This document shows positions 19,381 through 28,777 of a stretch of DNA of 64,000 nt, piece by piece. Within the stretch, counting starts at the first letter, position 1; each line of letters starts with the position of its first letter. The DNA comes from Candidatus Bathyarchaeota archaeon (GTDB taxonomy: Archaea; Thermoproteota; Bathyarchaeia; TCS64), in NCBI GenBank assembly GCA_016930055.1, contig JAFGHP010000091.1:2187-66186 (forward strand), written 5' to 3'. The notes beneath the pieces are model-generated. The model was not told the DNA's origin. It saw only the letters and a program-made list of their open reading frames with translations, and made no database searches. Position numbers and translations under genes: made by a program.

Positions 19381-20253
19381 TTAATTGTAAATAATTTCAC
19401 CATTTTTCGAAATAGTAGCTTTTGCATACCTTAGAGCCCAACAACTAATAACAACACCAACTGGTAAACTAGCAGGGTGTCTAGCAGTAAACTCAACATG
19501 TAAATCCAAAACAGTTGGACCTTCACCTAAACCCATCGCACCAATCTCAAGTTGATTCAATTTTGTTAAAAGTTCCTCCTCTATGGCAGCTATATTTGAA
19601 TTACTATTTCTTTTTTTGAATGGTTTTAATAATGCTTTTTTTGCTAGTAACATACAAAGATCTTCACTACCACCAACACCGACACCAACAAAATATGGGG
19701 GACATCCTAAAGAACCTGCATCTGCAACTGCTTCTATAATAAATTTTTTCACACCAACAATGCCTAAACCAGGTTTAATCATTTTATGCACAGATACATT
19801 ACTACTTCCTCCCCCTTTAGGCATAACAATAATCTCTAATTTATCTCCGGATACTAGCTCTAAATAAATTATGGGAATATTTCCATCTTCACTAGTATTA
19901 TCACCCGTATTACCTTTGAATATGTCTACAGAGTTCGGTCGAAGAGGAATTTTTTCAGTCGCTCTTCTTGTAGCTGTTCTAAGGATTTTTTTAAGGTTAG
20001 AACGAATCGGAAAATCGTCGCCTAAAGTTATAATATATGATATTACACCAGTATCTTGGCAAATAGGGCATTCAGATTTTTTTGCTAGTTCGGAATTTGT
20101 TATCATACTTCTTAATTGTGCTTGACCAACTGCTCCATTTGTTGTAGTCAATATTTTTTTTAATTCTTCTAAGAATTCCGTAGGTAGTTCAGTAACTGAT
20201 TTTTTTAATAATTCAACAGCCGTATCTTCAACTATTTTTTCAAGGTTAATCAT
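19381..20253 (-). CDS. fumA: Class I (Fe-S) fumarate hydratase / tartrate dehydratase, alpha subunit.
   Basis: The ECPICQDTG cluster motif is present, and the length and surrounding pattern fit the FumA N-terminal domain. Confidence 0.8.
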   Translation of the reverse strand: MINLEKIVEDTAVELLKKSVTELPTEFLEELKKILTTTNGAVGQAQLRSMITNSELAKKSECPICQDTGVISYIITLGDDFPIRSNLKKILRTATRRATEKIPLRPNSVDIFKGNTGDNTSEDGNIPIIYLELVSGDKLEIIVMPKGGGSSNVSVHKMIKPGLGIVGVKKFIIEAVADAGSLGCPPYFVGVGVGGSEDLCMLLAKKALLKPFKKRNSNSNIAAIEEELLTKLNQLEIGAMGLGEGPTVLDLHVEFTARHPASLPVGVVISCWALRYAKATISKNGEIIYN

Positions 20254-20846
20254 TTCATTTCACTGATCAGTTTTTCTTTTTTATTGTTTACATTACTCAG
20301 AATTTTTGCAGTAAGATTAGAACCATGTGAATCTATGGTGACAATCATTGGTCCAAAGTTTTCCACTTCATATACCCATAAACATTCAGGCATCCCCAAT
20401 TCGTCCAACCAATAATAATTTTTAACTTTTTTTATTCCCTGAGCTGCTAATAATGCGGCACCACCTGTAAAAGAACCATAAATACAACCAAATTTTCGAC
20501 ACGCATTAACTGTACGTTCACCCATACCGCCTTTCCCTATAAGTACTGAAGGACGATAATATTCAATAAAAAGATCTTCAAACATCTCCATTCTATCACT
20601 AGTTGTTGGACCAGCAGCTACAACTTTCCATTCATTTTCTGTTTTCTTCATTATTGGTCCACAATGAAAAATTGCTAATCCTTTAAATTCGATTGGTGAC
20701 CTATTTCCTGATTCGTATAGTTCAATTGCTTTTTTATGAGCTTCATCACGAGCCGTTACAATTGTTCCAGAAATAAAAAAAACATCACCAATTTCGAGTT
20801 TCCTTACTTCAAATTCAGGTATAGGAGTCATTAAATGATATTCCAT
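20250..20846 (-). CDS. fumB: Class I fumarate hydratase, beta subunit.
   Basis: GTIVTARDEAHKK...IFHCGP fits the beta subunit. It overlaps fumA by 4 nt, suggesting translational coupling. Confidence 0.8.
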   Translation of the reverse strand: MEYHLMTPIPEFEVRKLEIGDVFFISGTIVTARDEAHKKAIELYESGNRSPIEFKGLAIFHCGPIMKKTENEWKVVAAGPTTSDRMEMFEDLFIEYYRPSVLIGKGGMGERTVNACRKFGCIYGSFTGGAALLAAQGIKKVKNYYWLDELGMPECLWVYEVENFGPMIVTIDSHGSNLTAKILSNVNNKKEKLISEMK

Positions 20847-21081
20847 GTTTTAATCGTCAGAAATATAATTATACTTTAAGATTATGAGTTTTCTTATTAG
20901 AAAAGAAATTAAATTAATGGGATAACTGTTTTAAATCATTAATTGTCTATAAAGTCTACATAATTTTTAAGGATTTTTAATTATTTATTTTAGTTGAACA
21001 ACGTTAGAATATAATAAAGTTAATTGCTTACTCTTATTCTAATGAAAAAATATAAAATCTTGTAGTTAAAGGGGGTATAAG
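20847..21081. promoter_or_regulatory. Divergent AT-rich intergenic promoter region between fumB on the minus strand and the hdrC-like / frdABhdrA operon on the plus strand.
   Basis: 235 bp, about 80% AT. A GGGGGT Shine-Dalgarno sits 6 nt before the ATG at 21082. No specific TATA/BRE is assigned. Confidence 0.3.
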
Positions 21082-21501
21082 ATGTCTTCTGAAAACTCGG
21101 GGCAAATCCTTAAAATAAATGCGGAAAATAAAGAATTTAAAGAAAAAATTCAAGATTTAAGCGGAGAAAAAATTGACCTATGTTTCCAGTGTGGAGCATG
21201 TAGTTCAGGATGTCCAATGGTACAAGAGATGGATTATTTACCATCAAAAATTATTAGAATGTCTCAATTAGGTTTAAAAGAAGTTTTATCAAGTAAAACT
21301 ATTTGGGTCTGTACAACTTGCTTTAATTGTGAAGTTAGATGCCCAAGAGGAATAGACATAGCAAATGTAATGGAAGCTATTCGTCAGGTGGTTTTAAGAC
21401 AAAAGTTTGACAAAGTTAACATCGATATGCTTACACCAGAGGAACTTAGAGAACTCCCCCAAATTGCTATAGTCAGTAATCTTAGGAAACTTACAGCGTG
21501 A
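21082..21501 (+). CDS. HdrC-like 4Fe-4S dicluster protein.
   Basis: CFQCGACSSGCP and CTTCFNCEVRCP are the two cluster motifs. Confidence 0.75.
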   Translation: MSSENSGQILKINAENKEFKEKIQDLSGEKIDLCFQCGACSSGCPMVQEMDYLPSKIIRMSQLGLKEVLSSKTIWVCTTCFNCEVRCPRGIDIANVMEAIRQVVLRQKFDKVNIDMLTPEELRELPQIAIVSNLRKLTA

Positions 21502-21507
21502 TGTACT

Positions 21508-22410
21508 ATGAGGTTAGCATATTATCCAGGATGTACACTTAAAACAACTGCAAAAAGTTTTGATATCTCAACATTAGAAAGCTCTAAAACATTAGGTATT
21601 GATCTGATTGAACCTGAGAGGTGGAATTGCTGTGGAACAGTTCATGCCCTCTCTAAAGATGATGTTATGCACCATTTGGCACCAATCCGTAATTTACTCA
21701 GGATAGAAGAAATGAAAAAGACAGGTATTGTTGAAGAGAGTAAAGTAATAACTGTTTGTGCAATGTGTTACAATACCCTGAAAAGAGCTAATCTAGTTTT
21801 TAATTCTGATTCCGATAAAGTAAAAAAAATTAATGAAAACATGGAAAACGAATCTTCAGTTTATAACGGATCTGTACAAGTGGAGCATTTATTGGAAACA
21901 ATAAAACATCAAGGATGGGATAACCTTAGAAATAAGGTCAAAATTCCATTAAAAGATCTTAAAGTTGCACCATATTATGGATGCTTATTATTAAGACCAA
22001 GAGGTCTAGGCATAGATAATGCCGATAAACCATCAATAATGGAAGATATGATAAGAGCATTGGGTGCTGAACCCATAGACTTTGCTTATAAACAAAAATG
22101 TTGTGGAAGTTATCATACAGTATTTATGAAAGAAAGGGTAGCTGATTTAAGTTATAAAATATTAAATCAAGCAAAAATTGCTGGCGCAGAAATAATAGTT
22201 ACTGCTTGTCCTCTATGTGAATTTAATTTAAGTCATCGGCAAACAGAAATTATTAAAAATAGAAGTGAGTTTAAAGAATTCCCAGTTATATACTTCACCC
22301 AATTAATAGCTTTAGCATTAGGGCTAAAAGAGGATTCAATGGTTTTTGGGGAAAATAAAACTGACCCAAGACCTCTCTTCAAGTATAAGGGTTTTTTAAA
22401 GGAGATATAA
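21508..22410 (+). CDS. HdrB-like protein with two CCG domains; an SdhE/TfrB-type subunit.
   Basis: The two Cys-rich repeats are YYPGC...CCGT...CAMC and YYGC...CCGS...CPLCEF. Confidence 0.8.
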   Translation: MRLAYYPGCTLKTTAKSFDISTLESSKTLGIDLIEPERWNCCGTVHALSKDDVMHHLAPIRNLLRIEEMKKTGIVEESKVITVCAMCYNTLKRANLVFNSDSDKVKKINENMENESSVYNGSVQVEHLLETIKHQGWDNLRNKVKIPLKDLKVAPYYGCLLLRPRGLGIDNADKPSIMEDMIRALGAEPIDFAYKQKCCGSYHTVFMKERVADLSYKILNQAKIAGAEIIVTACPLCEFNLSHRQTEIIKNRSEFKEFPVIYFTQLIALALGLKEDSMVFGENKTDPRPLFKYKGFLKEI

Positions 22411-22412
22411 AA

Positions 22413-23102
22413 ATGTCAAAAAACAACAACGATTTTGTTACCATCTATGTAATGGGAAAAAAACAGAAAGTTCCAGCAGACCTCACAATAATGAAAGCAA
22501 TGGAATATGCAGGTCATCAATTTATTAGAGGATCAGGTTGTAGAGGAGGCTTCTGTGGAGCATGTGCAACAGTATATAGAATGAGGGGAAGTTACAAACT
22601 TCAAGGAGCCCTAGCTTGTCAGAAACAAGTTGAAGAGGGAATGATTATTGCTCAGATTCCTTTTAGTCCATCTGAAAAAATTACTTATAAATTAAATGAA
22701 ATTAAAGCAAATGCAAATACTTTCCTAGAATATTTCCCTGAAATTGCTCGATGTTTGTCATGCAATACTTGTACAAAAGCATGTCCTCAAGATATTATGG
22801 TAATGGATTATGTACAAGCAGCTCTTCGAGGCGACATCAAATTAGCTGCAAAGTTAAGTTTTGATTGTTTAGGATGTGGCTTATGTGCAATGAGGTGCCC
22901 TGCAGAGATTGTGCCTTATAATATTGGGCAATTAGCTAGAAGACTTGAATCAAAATATATTGAAGGACCAACAGAGCAAGTGCTTTCAAGATGTGAAGAA
23001 ATTAAAGAAGGAAAATATGACAAAGAAATTGAATCTCTCAAAAATGCTGACAAAGAGACTTTAATTAAACTCTATAATTCAAGGGAGATGAAAAATGAAT
23101 GA
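22413..23102 (+). CDS. frdB: Succinate dehydrogenase / fumarate reductase iron-sulfur subunit.
   Basis: The 2Fe-2S box is CRGGFCGACA. The 4Fe-4S boxes are CLSCNTCTKACP and CLGCGLCAMRCP. Confidence 0.85.
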   Translation: MSKNNNDFVTIYVMGKKQKVPADLTIMKAMEYAGHQFIRGSGCRGGFCGACATVYRMRGSYKLQGALACQKQVEEGMIIAQIPFSPSEKITYKLNEIKANANTFLEYFPEIARCLSCNTCTKACPQDIMVMDYVQAALRGDIKLAAKLSFDCLGCGLCAMRCPAEIVPYNIGQLARRLESKYIEGPTEQVLSRCEEIKEGKYDKEIESLKNADKETLIKLYNSREMKNE

Positions 23103-24751
23103 GTGATTTTAAAAGTGGTTATCCTGAATATATGCAAGAAAGCCTAAAAAAAGTATCAGAAACAAGATCTAGTAGATTTGGTAAAGAATTTACTCCAATG
23201 ACTGCAGAACAACGTATACAAATACTAGAAAAATTTCATCCAGATTGGAAACCTCAAATGAAACGAGGTTTAAAAATTGGGCCAAGTAAGGGTATGTTGA
23301 TACCTCATGAGGTAGCTGACATTATTGAATCTCATTCAATGATAAAACATGATGAAATTGATCTAACTAAAATCGATTATGATTTAGATGTTTTAATTAT
23401 TGGGGGAGGAGGGGCAGGTCTAAGTGCTGGCATATTAGCAAAAGAGTCAGGTATACCAGCTGATAAAATTCTACTTGTTCAAAAACTGAGACTAGGGGAC
23501 GCAAACAGTAAAATGGCTCAAGGCGGAATTCAAGCTGCAGACACCTCAATAGATAACCCTGCAATTCATTACCTTGATGTAATTGGGGGAGGACACTATG
23601 CAAATAAACCTGACCTTGTTGAAGCTTTAGTAAAAGACGCTCCGGATGTAATAAAATGGCATGAATCTCTAGGAGTTATGTATGATAAAAATCCTGATGG
23701 TACAATGTTAGAGATTGCGGGAGGAGGAACAAGCAGGAACAGAATGCACAGTTGCAAAGATTATACAGGGCTTGAACTCACTCGTGTGGTTCTTGATGAA
23801 TTTATTAATAAAGAAATAGGATACACAGAATTCACAAGTGCTGTAGAATTATTAATGGATGATAAAGAACAGGTTGCTGGAGCTGTATTATACGATTTAG
23901 AGACAAAAGAATATCATATCGCTAGATCAAAAAGCACAATTTTAGCTACAGGAGGTTTCGGTAGATTACACATCCAAGGATTTGCCACAACTAATCATTA
24001 TGGTGCAACTGGTGATGGTATAGTTATGGCGTATCGTACAGGCGCAATTTTAAGGGATTTGGATTCGACCCAATATCATCCTACAGGCGCAGCTTTTCCA
24101 GAACAAATTGTTGGACAACTAGCAACAGAAAAATTACGTGGTAGAGGAGCACAACCAGTTAACAAATATGGAGAACTTTTTGTATACCATTTAGAACCAA
24201 GAGACATCGAGTCAAGTAGCTATATTCGAGAATGTTATGAAAGAGATAACGGAATAGTTACTCCGACAGGAATGAAAGCAGTTTGGCTTGATACACCCAT
24301 GATAGAAAAAGTAAATGGATCTGGAACAATAGAAAGAGAGTTTGCTGCAATGTTCCGAAATTTTAACAGATGGGGAATAGATATTAGAAAAGAACCCATG
24401 CTTGTCTTTCCAACACTTCATTACCAGAACGGTGGAGTAGAAATAAACGCAAACACGGAAACAAATATTGCTGGGCTTCTTTGTGCGGGTGAAGTCTGCG
24501 GAGGAGTACATGGGAAAAACCGTTTAATGGGAAATAGTCAACTCGAAATCTATGTTTTTGGGCGTAGAGCGGGAAGAGCTGCTGCTAAAAGAGCTTCAAA
24601 AACCAATTTGGGTGAACTGAATCTTAACCATGTTAAAAGATATGATAAATGGCTTGAAGAAGCAGGTATAATTACTGAAAGAAAAAGTCCAATAATATTA
24701 CCTGAATATCGTGGCGAAAAAACACTGAGTCACCAGTTAAAAATTATGTAG
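23099..24751 (+). CDS. frdA: Fumarate reductase / succinate dehydrogenase flavoprotein subunit. It carries a roughly 95-aa N-terminal extension. The FAD site lacks the His that would link FAD covalently.
   Basis: VLIIGGGGAGLSAG is the FAD Rossmann motif. Ser-Lys-Met-AQGGI occupies the place of Ser-His-Thr. The active-site region HYLD...GGHY is present. The start overlaps frdB by ATGA. Confidence 0.85.
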   Translation: MSDFKSGYPEYMQESLKKVSETRSSRFGKEFTPMTAEQRIQILEKFHPDWKPQMKRGLKIGPSKGMLIPHEVADIIESHSMIKHDEIDLTKIDYDLDVLIIGGGGAGLSAGILAKESGIPADKILLVQKLRLGDANSKMAQGGIQAADTSIDNPAIHYLDVIGGGHYANKPDLVEALVKDAPDVIKWHESLGVMYDKNPDGTMLEIAGGGTSRNRMHSCKDYTGLELTRVVLDEFINKEIGYTEFTSAVELLMDDKEQVAGAVLYDLETKEYHIARSKSTILATGGFGRLHIQGFATTNHYGATGDGIVMAYRTGAILRDLDSTQYHPTGAAFPEQIVGQLATEKLRGRGAQPVNKYGELFVYHLEPRDIESSSYIRECYERDNGIVTPTGMKAVWLDTPMIEKVNGSGTIEREFAAMFRNFNRWGIDIRKEPMLVFPTLHYQNGGVEINANTETNIAGLLCAGEVCGGVHGKNRLMGNSQLEIYVFGRRAGRAAAKRASKTNLGELNLNHVKRYDKWLEEAGIITERKSPIILPEYRGEKTLSHQLKIM

Positions 24752-24759
24752 GGATTAAA

Positions 24760-27132
24760 ATGTCTTACAGCCCTAAAATCGGAGTTTGGTTATGTGAATG
24801 TGGCGGAAATATAGGTGATGTAGTAGACACTCAAAAAGTAATGGATGAGATAAAAAATCAAGTTCAATTTGTAAAACGTGAACGATACTTATGTAGTAAA
24901 CCAAGTATAGACACAATTAAAGAGATAATCAAAAACGAGAAACTAGAAAGAATAGTTTTAGCTTGTTGTACTCCAAAAATGCATAGAGAAACTTTTTTAA
25001 AAAATGTGATAGAAGAAGGAATAAACCCAGCGTTTCTCGAAATAGTAAATGTTCGTGAACAATGTAGCTGGGTTCATAAAAAAGATCCTGAAGGAGCTAC
25101 TTTGAAAAGTCTGGATCTTATAAAAGGAGCTATATCTCGAATTAAGGAATCAAAAGAGTTACACACAAAACAAATGCATGTCACACAAGAAGTACTAGTC
25201 ATTGGAGGAGGAGTTGCAGGTATTACAACTAGTCTAAGGTTAAGTGAATATGGGCTGAAAGTTCATTTAATTGAAAAAAGTCCAAGCATTGGGGGGCATA
25301 TGATCCAATACCCCAAAGTGTTCCCAACTCTAGACTGCAGTCAATGCATTTTGACACCAAAAATGGCTAGTATAGCTCAGAGCAGTAATATCAATCTCAA
25401 AACATATTCTGAAGTAAAAGAAGTTACCGGGTCACCGGGTAATTTTAATGTAAAAATTTGGGTTAAACCAAGAGGTGTAGATGTCGAAAAATGTATAGGA
25501 TGTGGGGAATGTAGTAGAGTCTGTCCTGTAGAAGCTCCTTCGGAATATGATGAAAGAATTGGAAAAAGGAAAGCAGCCTACATTCCTTTTCCTCAAAGCG
25601 TACCTAGCGTTTATACAATTGATTTTGATAATTGTGTCAGATGTGGTCTTTGTGCAGCGAATTGCCCTCGAGAAGCAATTGACCTCAATGATGAAGGGAA
25701 AATTGAGGAATTAAATGTTGGTGCAATAGTCTTAGCAACAGGTTTTGAATTATTTGATTTAACAAATTTAGTCAATTATGGTTATGGAAGATATCCTAAT
25801 GTAATTACTAGTCTAGAAATGGAACGTATACTAGATGTTAATGGCCCAACAGGAAGCCAGTTGATTGTTCCTAAGACAGGTAGACAAGTTAAAAGTGTTG
25901 TATATGTTTTATGTGCTGGAAGTAGGGACACAGAGGTTGGTCAACCATACTGTAGTAGAGTCTGTTGTCTTTACAGCATGAAGCAAGCTCAACTATTAAG
26001 AGATAGAGGAGTTGATGTCTGGATAAATTATATCGATATACGTTCTCCAGGACGAAGATACGAAGAATTTTATCGTTTAACGCAAGAAAAAGGTGTAAAT
26101 TTTGTTAAAGGAAAAGTAACAGAAATTGAACCAAATGGAGAACAAGTATTAGTAAGATCAGAGGAAATGATGTTAAATAAAATGATGGAAAATGTTGTTG
26201 ACTTAGTAGTTCTTTCACCACCAATCATTAGTTCAGAAGATACAGCTAAGCTATCTGAAATGCTTAAAGTACCAATAGATGAAGACAAGTTCGTTTTAGA
26301 AAAACATCCTAAACTTGATCCAGTGGCTACTAAAAGAGACGGTGTATTTGCAGCTGGTGCAGTTATTGGACCCAAAGACATTCAGTCAACAACTGCAGAA
26401 GCAGAAGGAGCTGCCATGAAAGTAGTTAATTTTCTAGGTATGGCAAGAATAATTGAAGCAAATAAGGCATATTTAGCTAGAAATGAACTATGCGATGGGT
26501 GTGGTAAATGTAAAAAAATATGCCCAGAATCAGCAATTACAATTGTTGAGGATAAACCGGTTTTTAATGAGATTACCTGTTCTGGTTGTGGGGCATGTAT
26601 ACCTGAATGCCCACAAAACGCTCTTGATCAAGAAGGTTTAACTGACATCCAAATTCAAACCCAAATTAAAGGCATATTAAATGATACGAAAGCACCACTA
26701 AAAATAATTGCATTTGTCGAAAAAGAAGTTGTTTACACTGCAATTGATTTAGCAGGACTAGCCAGATTAAGTTATGCTAGTAGTATAAGAATAATTCCTA
26801 TGCCTTCTTTAGCTAGAATCAAATTAGAGCATATACTCTATGCTTTTTCTTATGGTGCAGATGGTGTAATGATGTTAGAAGCTCCTATACATGAAGGCCC
26901 ATATGGGAATGCTCATAAAATTTCAGAGGAAAGAGCTGAAGAATATAAATGGGCTTTAGAAGATTATGAGATAGATAGTAGTAGATTATGGTATAGTAGA
27001 GTATATGTTCCTGATTGGAGAAAACTAGAACGAATTTTTAACACGTTTCATGAAATGGTAGAATCGGAAGACCCAATCGAAGGAAACCAAAGAGGAAAAA
27101 TACTAAAAAATTTATTAAAAATAAAAGATTAA
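24760..27132 (+). CDS. hdrA: Heterodisulfide reductase subunit A-like flavoprotein with a C-terminal cysteine-less MvhD-like domain.
   Basis: An N-terminal Cys domain (IGVWLCECGG) is followed by an FAD domain (VIGGGVAGITT). An inserted ferredoxin and a C-terminal ferredoxin (CDGCGKCKKICP, CSGCGACIPECP) are present. The tail aligns to MvhD with all Cys substituted. Confidence 0.85.
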   Translation: MSYSPKIGVWLCECGGNIGDVVDTQKVMDEIKNQVQFVKRERYLCSKPSIDTIKEIIKNEKLERIVLACCTPKMHRETFLKNVIEEGINPAFLEIVNVREQCSWVHKKDPEGATLKSLDLIKGAISRIKESKELHTKQMHVTQEVLVIGGGVAGITTSLRLSEYGLKVHLIEKSPSIGGHMIQYPKVFPTLDCSQCILTPKMASIAQSSNINLKTYSEVKEVTGSPGNFNVKIWVKPRGVDVEKCIGCGECSRVCPVEAPSEYDERIGKRKAAYIPFPQSVPSVYTIDFDNCVRCGLCAANCPREAIDLNDEGKIEELNVGAIVLATGFELFDLTNLVNYGYGRYPNVITSLEMERILDVNGPTGSQLIVPKTGRQVKSVVYVLCAGSRDTEVGQPYCSRVCCLYSMKQAQLLRDRGVDVWINYIDIRSPGRRYEEFYRLTQEKGVNFVKGKVTEIEPNGEQVLVRSEEMMLNKMMENVVDLVVLSPPIISSEDTAKLSEMLKVPIDEDKFVLEKHPKLDPVATKRDGVFAAGAVIGPKDIQSTTAEAEGAAMKVVNFLGMARIIEANKAYLARNELCDGCGKCKKICPESAITIVEDKPVFNEITCSGCGACIPECPQNALDQEGLTDIQIQTQIKGILNDTKAPLKIIAFVEKEVVYTAIDLAGLARLSYASSIRIIPMPSLARIKLEHILYAFSYGADGVMMLEAPIHEGPYGNAHKISEERAEEYKWALEDYEIDSSRLWYSRVYVPDWRKLERIFNTFHEMVESEDPIEGNQRGKILKNLLKIKD

Positions 27133-27204
27133 CGAAATAAAATTTTTTATTTAAAAATTAACCCCATAACAACTATTATATGTTCAAAAATTTTAGAGAA
27201 ATAC

Positions 27205-28542
27205 ATGAGTAACTCCGTAGAAGAAGAATTATTGAAAAAGGCTCAAAAATGGAGTTCAGTAGCTTCTCCTCTTCATAAATTTTATTCAGGAAAAGTTGAA
27301 GTAATGCCCAAATGCATTATTAATAGTCTAAATGATTTTAATATTTGGTATACTCCTGGAGTAGCTCAAGTTTGTCAGGAGATTGAAAAAGATAAAGAAA
27401 AAGCATATGATTACACAAGTAAATGGAATTATGTTGCAGTAGTGAGTGACGGAACACGTGTACTTGGTCTTGGAGATATAGGCTCCCATGGTAGTTTACC
27501 TGTGATGGAGGGTAAAGCACTTTTATTCAAATACTTAGGAGGGGTTGATGCTTTTCCTATTTGTTTAGGTACAAAAAATCCTGATGAAATAATTCAAGCA
27601 GTAAAATGGATCGAACCAAGTTTTGGCGGAATAAATCTAGAAGATCTTTCAAGCCCAAAATGTTTCTACATATTGGACAATCTTAGAAAAGAGATGCCTA
27701 TACCAGTTTGGCATGATGATCAGCAAGGTACAGCTGCAGTAATTCTTGCAGGTGCAATTAACGCACTTAAATTGGTGGGTAAAAAACTAAAAGAGGCTCG
27801 TTTTACTATTGTAGGTGCGGGAGCTGCAAATACTCGTACTTTTTATGTTTTACAAGCAGCAGGTGTTGATACAAAAAATATTATGATAACTGACAGTTCT
27901 GGGATTTTGAGTTATACAAGAGACGATTTGAAGGGAAGTTATAAATGGGATTTGGCTTTAAAATCGAATCCTGAGGGATTAGAAGGAGATATTAGAGACG
28001 CTGTTAAAGGAAGCGATATTCTAATTGCTGCAAGCCGATCAGGCCCTAACACAATATTGAAAGAGGATCTAAAGGAAATGGCATCAAATGCTATAGTTTT
28101 TGCTTGTGCAAATCCAATTCCAGAAATATGGCCATGGGAAGCAAAGAAAGCAGGGATTAGAGTGTTTGCTACGGGTCGAAGCGACTTTCCTAATCAAGTA
28201 AATAATAGTCTTGTATTTCCAGCTATATTTAGAGGAGCATTGGATGTAAGAGCCAAAACGATAAGCGATGAAATGTGTATATCTTCAGCCATAGCTTTAG
28301 CAAAATATGCAGAAGATAAAGGGTTACATGAGGAGTATATTATACCAAAAATGGATGAGTGGGAAATATATCCTATCCAAGCTACTGAAACAGGATTGAC
28401 AGCCATTAATCAAGGTTTATCAAGAAGAAAATTATCTAGAGAAGAATTATTTAATAATTCACAAAATATTATAAAAAGAACTCAAGACATAGTTAAACTT
28501 TTAATAAAAAACGAATTTATCAAACCTCTTCCTTCAATTTAA
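27205..28542 (+). CDS. NAD(P)-dependent malic enzyme.
   Basis: [12 protein letters not shown] and TIVGAGAAN are the NAD-site motifs, and the length is right. Confidence 0.85.
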   Translation: MSNSVEEELLKKAQKWSSVASPLHKFYSGKVEVMPKCIINSLNDFNIWYTPGVAQVCQEIEKDKEKAYDYTSKWNYVAVVSDGTRVLGLGDIGSHGSLPVMEGKALLFKYLGGVDAFPICLGTKNPDEIIQAVKWIEPSFGGINLEDLSSPKCFYILDNLRKEMPIPVWHDDQQGTAAVILAGAINALKLVGKKLKEARFTIVGAGAANTRTFYVLQAAGVDTKNIMITDSSGILSYTRDDLKGSYKWDLALKSNPEGLEGDIRDAVKGSDILIAASRSGPNTILKEDLKEMASNAIVFACANPIPEIWPWEAKKAGIRVFATGRSDFPNQVNNSLVFPAIFRGALDVRAKTISDEMCISSAIALAKYAEDKGLHEEYIIPKMDEWEIYPIQATETGLTAINQGLSRRKLSREELFNNSQNIIKRTQDIVKLLIKNEFIKPLPSI

Positions 28543-28777
28543 TAAGAGTTTATTCAGTTACTACAATATCAAATAAAAATATCATTAATTCAATAATTAG
28601 TCTCTAAGAATCTAAAACTAGATATACTACAATTTCACGGATAGTGTAAAATAAACTTGGAGAAGAAAAATTGATTCAAATAAAAACAAAATATGAGGTT
28701 AAAAGAAATACTAGAAAATTTTTAAACACTAAAAACAGTTTGGATTAATACAATAATATTAGCTATGAGGTCATCTA

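Noticed and set aside
23397-26381. Several 60-100-aa antisense ORFs inside frdA and hdrA (23397..23603, 24212..24511, 26070..26381).
   Set aside because: All lie opposite strongly supported genes and have no recognisable domains. They are shadow ORFs.
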